Below, piece after piece: positions 1-8,700 of a DNA stretch of 64,000 bases (its first letter is position 1; each line of letters begins with the position of its first letter). Position numbers and translations under genes: made by a program. The notes beneath the pieces were generated by a model that saw only the letters and a program-made list of their open reading frames with translations, was not told the origin of the DNA and searched no databases. The DNA lies in NCBI GenBank assembly GCA_965203555.1, contig CBDBCY010000004.1, forward strand, positions 384,001 to 448,000. Reading direction: 5' to 3'. The DNA is from Acidimicrobiia bacterium. GTDB taxonomy: Bacteria; Actinomycetota; Acidimicrobiia; Spongiisociales; ZC4RG35.

Positions 1-152
1 ACGGCCGGTACGTCACCCTCTCGGAACTCACCGACGCTCTGTCGGACCTGGAGATCATCCGGGCCGAGGCGGTCGACGCCGACCCGGACATGAGCCGGGG
101 AGAGCCGATTTCATGGCCGGCCGTGGTAGTGACGGCCCGCCGCCACCATTAG
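1..152 (+). CDS. 3' end of a gene running in from the left edge (possibly class I SAM methyltransferase C-terminus)
   Basis: Open frame GRYVTLSELTDALSDLEIIRAEAVD...AVVVTARRHH ends at TAG 150-152, convergent with the next gene. Confidence 0.3.
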   Translation, partial: GRYVTLSELTDALSDLEIIRAEAVDADPDMSRGEPISWPAVVVTARRHH

Positions 153-748
153 CGCCGGGGTATGCCGCTCGGCCCCCGACTGGCCCACCAGGCAGCCAGC
201 GACGCTCCCAGCAGGTTGGCAATCAGGTCCCGCATGTTGTTGGCGTAGTCGCCCACCGGGACCCCCTCCACCCCCAGAGTCGCCAAATACTCACCGACTT
301 CGATGACGGCGCCCACCGCATTGGCGCCCAGGAAGGCGACCACTGCCGCTTCTTTTCCGCTGCTCGCCCGAAGCATCCAGGAGGTGGCCTCCCAAACGGC
401 CAACCCGGCTGCACCCACTCCCAATACCTGCACCAGATGGTCGTAGCCCACCCCGCCCCAGCTTTGCTCGTACAGGACCAACCCGTCGAACATCACGTTC
501 CCACCCGCCATGTGACAGAATCCGGAGACAGAAAGCATCACCAGCACGTGACTCGACAGGCGCGCCCGGCCGTCGACATACATCAGGATGACCCCGGCGA
601 AAAGCATCCACAGAAGATAGGGAAAGGCCAGCTTGGACCCGGTGGCCAACCCGTACACCGTCCACCCCGTCACGTACGAACCCGAAACCCCAAGGATCCA
701 CGGATGACGTCTGACGCTCGTCGCGATCCGTGATGTGACCGGATTCAT
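149..748 (-). CDS. Multi-pass membrane protein (DUF2238-like)
   Basis: 199 aa with several hydrophobic helices; motifs HMAGG, YDHLV, EVGEY, NNMRDLIAN. Confidence 0.55.
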   Translation of the reverse strand: MNPVTSRIATSVRRHPWILGVSGSYVTGWTVYGLATGSKLAFPYLLWMLFAGVILMYVDGRARLSSHVLVMLSVSGFCHMAGGNVMFDGLVLYEQSWGGVGYDHLVQVLGVGAAGLAVWEATSWMLRASSGKEAAVVAFLGANAVGAVIEVGEYLATLGVEGVPVGDYANNMRDLIANLLGASLAAWWASRGPSGIPRR

Positions 749-752
749 CCAG

Positions 753-825
753 CGCCCTCGGCAGGATTCGAACCTGCGACCTACTGCTTAGGAGGCAGTT
801 GCTCTATCCCCTGAGCTACAAGGGC
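753..825 (-). tRNA. tRNA-Arg (anticodon CCT)
   Basis: Reverse complement GCCCTTGTAGCTCAGGGGATAGAGCAACTGCCTCCTAAGCAGTAGGTCGCAGGTTCGAATCCTGCCGAGGGCG folds as a cloverleaf with GTTCGAA T-loop and CT-CCT-AA anticodon loop. Confidence 0.97.
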
Positions 826-837
826 GGGGTTGGCGCG
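818..837. repeat. att-like 20-bp direct repeat, copy 1 (overlaps tRNA 5' end)
   Basis: ACAAGGGCGGGGTTGGCGCG, identical at 23646-23665. Confidence 0.85.
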
Positions 838-1150
838 TTTTTTGGCGCGTTATTCGTTGTGTTTGTCGTGGGGGGTTGCTTCTGTAGGGTAGTGGGGCGT
901 CGGGCCGGGGTGGGGTGCTGGTTTTGGTGGGGAGGGGGTGGGTGACAGCCGGGTTTGTGTGGGTTGGGGCGTCTTTGCTTGGAGAGGGGCCGGGTTGGAA
1001 TTCCGTCCAGGGCGATTACTTCGGCGACTGCTTGTTTGGCTTTGGGGGTGGTGAAGGTGTGTTGCCCGAGGTTGACGGCTGCTGGTTTGTCTCCTTTGGT
1101 GCGTTGGACTTTGCTGATTGGGATGGCTCCGGTGTCTAGTGTGCGGTCGG

Positions 1151-1252
1151 CTAAATGAGCGGGGTGTCTGAGAACGACCGGAAGCCGGTTCTCACAGGGG
1201 CTACCCGCAGGGCGCCGCCTACCCGATTGTTTGGCAGACATACCACTAGGAA
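1151..1252. mobile_element. ~100-bp insertion (MITE-like or IS-end relic) inside the transposase-like gene
   Basis: Splits ...TDIDR from (D)RTLDTGAIPISKV; contains internal inverted repeat TGAGAAC...GTTCTCA and ends in CTAG. Confidence 0.4.
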
Positions 1253-2217
1253 CCGGTCGATGTCGGTGGCGTGCAGGGCCATGTCGTAGACGACCGCCGC
1301 GGAGGCCTTTCCGTAGTTGGGGGTGTCGGTTTAGTAGGCCGAGGACCATGTCGCAGAAGACGGTGGCGTCGCTTTTGCCTGGGGGTTTGAAAGCCGTGCG
1401 TAGGATGATTCGTTCGTTGCGGTAGGGACCGCGTACGCTGGCTAGGACCAGTTGTTGGCCGTAGGCACCCCGAGCGACCGTTCCGGTGGGAGTGTGGTAG
1501 GGAACCGCGTCGGGGTCGAACCGGCGGACCTTCCCGGTTTTCGGGTTGATGATTTGTCGTGAACCGGTCTTGTAAATGGACGGTATCCAGGTGCCGTCAC
1601 CCACAATGAACTGTGTAGTGTCGGGATGGTTGACAGATCCCGTTTCGGCGGATAGCAGGCCCATATGTAAGGTTGCGTCTACTTCTATGCGCTCCACGAT
1701 CAGGTCGAGTTCTTCGAGGATTTCTCCGTGAAGGTACCGTTCTCGGAAACGGTGATGCTGGGATCTGCTGATCGGTTTGTTCGAAAGTCTCCGATGGGGA
1801 TGCCGCGGCCAGGCTTGTGCGACAGTGTCTTGGAGGCGTTGCCAGGTTTTGGGGTCAGAGAAGGTCCTGGCGATGTCTCGACCATTGCCCCGCAGCCCGG
1901 CTGTCACCTCGAACAGCACCGCTTCGAACACTTTGTGTTCCCGCGGGCGGCCGGGTCCACGTGATTTCTCTGTGTCTTTTTCGAGGGCTTCGGCGTACTC
2001 CCACAACAGCCCGAGGCAGGCGTGTGCTTCGATGAGTTCGATGTGGGACAGGTCCAGTGGCTCGCCGTGGACGTTGTGGCTGCCCCCGCTGGACGAACCA
2101 GCCGTGTCCGATGGCCCATCACGGCGTTCCTCTGTTGTGTAGTCGTCTAGGGATGCTTTCACTTCGGAGGCGGGCACCGGTTCGACACCGGAGAAGAACA
2201 CCGACCGGCGGGGTTTC

Positions 2218-3105
2218 TCATCGGCCATCGTTTCTCCAGTTGTGACCGAGCGCCGCGGCGGTGTTGTCCAACGACGGGGAACCCAAGAACCGTGCCGCGG
2301 TTTCGATCCCATGGGTGTCCAACAATCCGCGGGCGGTGGTTAGCCGGATTGACCGGGCCGACACTCTTTCACGGTCGGACAGTCCCGCGTCGCGGATCAC
2401 ATCCCGAAGGCGCACGGTCACTGAATGCGCGGCCCGTTCCGGTCTGACCCGGCTGGTTACACAAATCAGATGATCCGCGGGGATGGGAGGGCGGTTACGG
2501 ACGAACCGTGCGACTCTGGAAACCCCCCACTCGTCGAGAGGGTTCACCCGCCAAGACGACCCTTCGAAAACGACAGTCGCCGTTTGGAGGTTCACGTCTC
2601 CCATGCGTACCGCGGCGACTTCGGTGGCGGTTCCCCCCGCGAACGAGAACACCACCAGCAACGACCGTCGGGATCCCACCAGCCCAGCGTCCGCATATTC
2701 TCTCACACGGTTTGCCTCTTCGGGGGTCAGCGGACGCGCGGTCGGGGCGCCTCCCAAACGGAGAATGCGCTCCCCGACCAACGCCTCGGTGTCTACCGGT
2801 GCTCCCAGGTCGGAGAACACGTCGAACATAGCTGACGCGATCCACTGGCGGTTCCGAGCGGTGGACTGTGCCGTGCGACGATACTGTCCTTGCCTGTCGA
2901 CGCGGGACACCCAGCACCAATGCGACACCATTTCCGCGGTCACGTCCGACCACTTGTCAACGCCCCGCCCCTGCAAATAGGTCAGCAGCCTCCGAGCGTC
3001 GGCCACGACCTTGTCGGCAGTGCGTGGGTTGGAGGCGTATCGTTGACAAAGCCCTTCCAACACCAGCGGCACCCAACGAGGCAGACAGTCCCGGTCGTTG
3101 CTCAT
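2218..3105 (-). CDS. Tyrosine-recombinase-fold protein with degenerate catalytic residues
   Basis: Core-binding-like N-half, then RPLTPEE, FAGGTATEVAAVRMGDVNL, SARSIRLT, ARFLGSPSLDNTAAAL; its stop overlaps the ATG of the transposase-like gene; start could be 3105 or 3138. Confidence 0.75.
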   Translation of the reverse strand: MSNDRDCLPRWVPLVLEGLCQRYASNPRTADKVVADARRLLTYLQGRGVDKWSDVTAEMVSHWCWVSRVDRQGQYRRTAQSTARNRQWIASAMFDVFSDLGAPVDTEALVGERILRLGGAPTARPLTPEEANRVREYADAGLVGSRRSLLVVFSFAGGTATEVAAVRMGDVNLQTATVVFEGSSWRVNPLDEWGVSRVARFVRNRPPIPADHLICVTSRVRPERAAHSVTVRLRDVIRDAGLSDRERVSARSIRLTTARGLLDTHGIETAARFLGSPSLDNTAAALGHNWRNDGR

Positions 3106-3301
3106 CGCAAGACTCACGCTTTCCAGCAGGATCCGCATCCACGGTTGCAACACCGCGGTGTCATTGAACAACCTCAGTTGCCGTCCGCAGACGGTGAACG
3201 CGGATCGAGTCCCAAGCCGGCGCAGGTGCTCATGTCCGAAGAGCGAACTAGAGATTTCCTGGGATGCCAAAAACGTGTGGCGATAGTGGAGGTGTCCAAA
3301 T

Positions 3302-3321
3302 GGGAACATTTCGATGTTCCC
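3302..3321. promoter_or_regulatory. Perfect inverted repeat between divergent YR-like and XRE genes (candidate operator)
   Basis: GGGAACAT-TTCG-ATGTTCCC. Confidence 0.4.
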
Positions 3322-3457
3322 GGTCAGTCCTCACCGCTCCCAACAGCTTCTGTCTCCCGGCAACCGATTCACGGGAGGAGCAGATCGAGATCATAATATC
3401 GTCCATTACGGAAGACATTAGAAAGGGGTAGTGACAGGACGACTACCCTTCACCCCA

Positions 3458-3759
3458 ATGTCCAACCCTCGACAAAACCAGCCGCGTTTCTCGCGAAAAA
3501 AACTTGTTTTCCCGAGGGGCCGTTCAGGTCTGCAACCCCGCCGGAGGTCTATTTAGCTGCTGGGTTGGCCACCCGACTCAAAACCAAAATCGGGAACGAA
3601 TCCATACGATACGTTGCAAAAAAAGCCCAGCTCAGCCCTCAAACAGTCCTCAACATTCTCAACGGCACGACCTGGCCCGACCTACGCACCATCGCCAAAC
3701 TAGAAGTCGCTTTGAACACCCGACTATGGGGATACGAACACCGCAAAACCCGCCGCTAA
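3458..3759 (+). CDS. XRE-family HTH regulator (probable 1-nt frameshift near 3490)
   Basis: ESIRYVAKKAQLSPQTVLNILNGTTWPDLRTIAKLEVAL; the ATG at 3458 is out of frame with the HTH frame. Confidence 0.75.
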
Positions 3760-4972
3760 ACCCACCAACTGAAGCGCCAGCATTTGGACAGCGCCCTTCC
3801 GAGATGGACCGAACCTGCGAGGAAAAGCCGAACGGGTCGTGGCGCCCTTCTGGGACCCTCTGAGACAACTCGGACAACCGGTTCCCCCGGGTCGGGTCCA
3901 TTCCACTAGTTTGACACCCGAGGGGGGTGTCCAACCACGGGGATGCCGGACTGGGTGACCGCCCCCCTCTTTTGCAGGTCGAGAATGTAGGCAACACAAG
4001 GATTTCATGGGGGGACATGAACGAAGGGCTGATGAGCGGGGAGCGCTCGACGCGATCTGCGGCGTGGAAGACGTGATCGGCTGCGAGGCAAACCACCAAC
4101 ACCAACTAAAGTGCCTCGCCACCTGACTCTGCGGGGACATCTCCGGGTCGTCAGCCGGTGAGGGTCACCCCCTTTTGTTCCACGCTTGATTCCTACCTGC
4201 TTGCGCGGTCTTTGTCGATAGGAGACATCACGGCGGGACCGTAAGTCGGGGGTGTGACCGGGGAGGCGGACCCGCCTGGCTATCAACACCAGTAGACGGC
4301 TCACTGACCTTCCCCTCCTGCCGTAATCCGTAACGCGTAACAGTCCTTGAATATCCAGAAAAACATAACCCTACGCGGGGAAACGACCAGCAAACAGCCC
4401 GGAGTTCCGTTACAAACCGCTCGGTTGACGTTTCCGTTACACTTCCAAGCCGCCCCAGGCAACCTCCCTGCCGAGTCGGACCCCCCGAGAAGCCAGCACC
4501 GGCCCTTAGCTCCAGAGCATCTTTCTACGTGAAGTCATGCAGATCATGTGATTGTGTGTCGGGCATTCCAGTGCTCAAATCGTTCGTGGGAAGGGCCAGC
4601 CTTAATTTTAGGACAAGTGGGCTGATCCGGCCACGGAACCACCGGCATGGGATGGCCTGTTGGCTCCACGCCTGACCTCGGAATCTAGGCAGGGTTCCGA
4701 AGGTAACCAACATCCAAACTTGGAAGTCTCCACATGGCTTGCAGCCGCTGCCTACGACCCATATCTGCCGTAACGGATGTGTCCTGGGTACCGGAATGTA
4801 ACGTGTCGGATCGCGCCCTTCTGGATTATGCTATGGCCCCGGTGGGAGTCCTACCTACAAGGCGACACCAGTGGCGCCACGAAACGAGGGAGCGGTCAAC
4901 GATCTGGAGGAAAGGACAAAACCTGGTTGAAGTTACGGTTTCACATGAACTCCACGTCCAGAAGGGGGAAGA

Positions 4973-5247
4973 GTGACGACCATCGAGTCGGAGAGGGCCG
5001 TTGTCCCCCCTGAACAGGGAAACCTGGTTCGTGTCCGAGACCGGTTTTGGGTCGTCGAGTCTGTACAGCAATCGACTAACCGGTTAGATGTGACCAGTTC
5101 GAATGGGTGGAATCGCCATCACCTGGTGCGCCTGGTTCCCATCGACAACAAAGGAAGCCCCTCGCCGCTGAGCATCTTTTGGGAGACAGAACCAGGTACC
5201 GAAATCCGACCCCAGTCCGAGTTGCCCGATCCCAGCCAGAGTGTTGA
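4973..5247 (+). pseudogene. drmD: N-terminal stub of DISARM SNF2-like helicase
   Basis: PEQGNLVRVRDRFWVVESV...HLVRLVPID...IFWETEPG...LPDP matches the DrmD N-terminus; cut off at the repeat starting 5248. Confidence 0.65.
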
Positions 5248-5295
5248 CGGGGTTGGCGCGAAACTGTGTGGGTTTGGGATTTTATGGTAGTGGGG
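5248..5295. repeat. tRNA-leader repeat, internal copy
   Basis: CGGGGTTGGCGCGAAACTGTGTGGGTTTGGGATTTTATGGTAGTGGGG, 47/48 identical to 23653-23700. Confidence 0.9.
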
Positions 5296-5307
5296 TGGTG
5301 AAGGGAG

Positions 5308-5517
5308 ATCCCGCACCGTCTCGCCGGGAACACGGAGGAGGAACGGATAGTGTTCCATGTGGGCATTGCCCGCTCCCGGAGAGAAACGGTGGTGGCGGCG
5401 GAGACCGGGAACGAGTCGCCTTTCATCTCGGAGGCGCTGGGAAAGAGCAACCTTGAGTCAGCGCTTCCCGACCCGGGTGCCACGGCAACAACTCGGGAGA
5501 TATCGCAGTGGTCATAG
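5308..5517 (+). pseudogene. C-terminal fragment of UvrD/Rep-type helicase
   Basis: IPHRLAGNTEEERIVFHVGIARSRRETVVAAETGNESPFISEA resembles SF1 motif VI (EERRLFYVAITRA...SPF); no start codon. Confidence 0.5.
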
Positions 5518-5770
5518 CACACGGTTGGAGAATGCGGGCTGGATCTGATCTTCAAGTCGCTCGTGCGGCGCTGGGATGCTCAGAGCATCCCAGCGCAGAC
5601 CCGACTGGGTACATCAAATTGCAGGGGGTTCGCATCTGTGGGGTACCATCTGGTCGACAACACCCCGGCAGGGATAGAGAGGCATTACGGATCTGATAGC
5701 AGAACTCGGTACCTCGCGTTCTTTCGATCTGTGGGCAGGGTCTGACGGTTCGGAAACGGTCGGTCAGGTC

Positions 5771-8700
5771 GTGGAGAGAATAAGATCGGAAGCCCGCGAC
5801 ACAGCAGAACTGGGTCGATGGTTCTCGAACCTTGTCAGGGTTGTGTTGGTGGACCTCCCCGAGTACGAAATGGAGGAGGTGCATCATTGGGCGGACTGGC
5901 CCGAACGCGAGGCGCTTACCGGTCGCCCTCCATCCGATTGGGGTATTGATCTGGTGGGGCGTCGCACCGATGGCAGTTTCGTCGCCATACAGTGCAAGTG
6001 CTATGACCAGTCCCGCAAGGTCGGGAAGCCGGACACCAACTCGTTTCTGGCCAATTCGCAGTTACCGGTGTTCACGAAACGGTGGATTGTTACCACCAGC
6101 GACTGGACCAAACCAGCAGCTCGGGAAATCGACGGGATGCATCCGCCGGTCGGGCGCATCAACTTTCTCCGGCACTGGGACCATCCGGTGCCAGGCGAGG
6201 CTGCGGAACGGCCCACACAAGCTCTGTACCCGCGGCAAGAGGAAGCTGTCAACAAAGTAGTGGAAGGGTTCGCCCGTCACGACCGGGGCCGTTTGGTGAT
6301 GGCGTGCGGCACCGGGAAAACGTTCACTTCGTTGCGGATAGCCGAACAGATCGTACCGGATGGGGGACGCATCCTGTTCTTGGCGCCGAGCATTTCTCTG
6401 GTGTCCCAGTCAAGGCGGGACTGGTTGACTCACACCCGACGGCGCCTGTCATCCCTGGTGGTCTGTTCGGACACCACAGCTGGAGGCAAGCAGGAAGGGG
6501 ACATGCGCGTTTCTCATCTGGCGTGCGACGTGACCACCAGCCCCGAGGTGATTGCGTCCAAGCTGGACACTTCTGACACGTCCGTCCTTTTTTGCACATA
6601 CCAATCTCTTCCGGTGATTACCGCAGCGCAGGGAGAACACGACGCGCCCCGGTTTGATCTGGTTGTGTGCGACGAGGCTCATCGAACAGCCGGTGCTTTC
6701 AAGGCCGACCCGAGGGTCTTTCAGAGGATCCACTACGAGGAACATTTGAAAGCCGCCAAGCGCCTGTATATGACCGCTACTCCTCGGGTGTACACACCGG
6801 CGTCCAAGTCGTCCTTGGCGGCGAGGAACATAAGCGTTGTGGACATGACCGACCACTCGGTTTACGGACCGCAGTTTGACCGGTTGACGTTCAGAGAGGC
6901 TGTCGAGTTGGACATTCTGAGCGACTACCGGGTGATCGTTCTGCGAGTGCGGGAATCAGCGCTATGGCCCAGCATCCGAGCCGCGTTGGTGTCCCTCGCT
7001 GGCGATTCCGCTCTGAACAGCGGCGGCAAACCCCTCACTGTGACCACCGAAGATCTACAGAGAGTGCTCGGTGCCTCCCTAGCCGTGAACGGGATGGCGG
7101 AGGGTGTCGGTCCCGACGTGCCTGAACGGCTGAACCGAAGCATCGCGTTCGCCAATTCCATTGCAAGGTCCAAGTTCTACGCCAAGGCGTTGGACCATCC
7201 TCTGCTCAAACGGTTCGTGACTCGGAGGCGAAGGCAACGAAGCGCCGGAGCGGAGGCAGCATTGAAAACCGAAGTTCAACATCTCGACGCGAGAAACTCG
7301 TCGTATCAGCGGTTCCAGGCATTAGAGAAACTGCGCAGCGCGGGGGCGGATGGCGCCGCTCGCATCCTGACGAACGTGAAACTGTTCACCGAGGGCGTTG
7401 ACGTGCCGTCGCTCGACGCGGTTGTGTTCATGGAACCCCGCAAGAGCCACATTGACATCGTTCAGGCTGTTGGGCGTGTGATGCGCAAAGCAGAAGGCAA
7501 ACACCTCGGCTACATCATCGTTCCCATCGCGGCCAGCAGCGAAGACTCCCTCAATGAGGTGCTGACCGCTCACCACTCCGAATACCGTGTCGTGGGACAG
7601 GTACTTGCAGCTTTGCAATCCCACGACGAACAACTAATGGAGTCGGTCGCCCAGTATGTGACGATGATTGATGTGGACCGGCAACCTACCTCTGCAAATG
7701 GTGGTGAAACCACCAATGTCACCGACGACGACTGGATCGAAGAGACGCTGCCTCTGACCATCAAGGAAATAGGGGATGTTCTGCGTCCGGTCGTGATAGC
7801 AGCGTCGGGCCTAGGACGCCCCGGCAAACTGGTCACTGACCTGATCGCGGCAGCTGTCCGGGCTGCGGCGTCCGTGCTCGACGAAGCCCGACGGGATGCT
7901 GTGACAGGTGACTTCATCCCACAGTTGTCGGATGCCCTGGGTGTACCGATCGATGACGCTAAGTCGTTGGACACCTGCAAAATGGCCGCGTTGCTGATCG
8001 GGAACGCCTGCCTGCTTCACAAGCGGCTGCGTACCGTGGGACAGTGGTGGGATGTTCTGCCGGACATGTCAACCGTCGCGGTGTCTTCCGATCCCCTTGA
8101 CACCTTGAGAACCGCGTGGAAAACCATCCTGGACAAGGACTATGAACCGGTGTTCGACCCGGCTCTGACGGTGCTCGAATGCCTGCCCGGGTCACAGGCG
8201 GCGGTACAGCACAGCATCAGGATGCTCGCTGAATGCGCCGACAACACAGCTGACACGCTCAGCGAACTCGGCTACGACCACGCCGGACCCCTGTATCACA
8301 ATCTCATGCCTGATTCGCAGGCCAGGGGCGCCTACTACACCAACAACCTCTCCGCTTTGATGCTCGCCCGCCTGGCCATCGGACCGGACTTCGCGGACTG
8401 GCACAACCCAGACAGCATCAGCCGACTGAGGATCATGGACCCCGCATGCGGCACCGGCACCCTGCTCATGGCTTCCCTGAAAACGATCAAAGACAGGGTA
8501 GCCGAAGCAGGGAACACCGCAGACAGCGGTACCGCCTTGCATAAGACCCTGGTCGAGCAAGTGCTATACGGTCTCGACATCAACCAGGTCGGCATACAAC
8601 TGGCCGCTTCCAACTTCACACTGGGAGCACCGACCGTTGACTATCAGCGCATGAACCTGTACACGATGAAACACGGACCCCAACCGGACGGCACGGTCAA

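Larger units (their letters stand above)
816..2228 (-). pseudogene. DDE-like (IS4/IS5-superfamily-like) transposase, disrupted and 3'-truncated
   Basis: Starts MADEKPRRSV at 2228; FIVGDGTW resembles D1; alternative frame at ~1262-1295 gives VVYDMALHATDID, resembling D2; C-terminus decays into low-complexity sequence. Confidence 0.5.

Noticed and set aside
2218-3309. Active integrase responsible for the tRNA island
   Set aside because: The catalytic Arg, His and Tyr positions are substituted; the extension upstream of ~3138 is not recombinase-like
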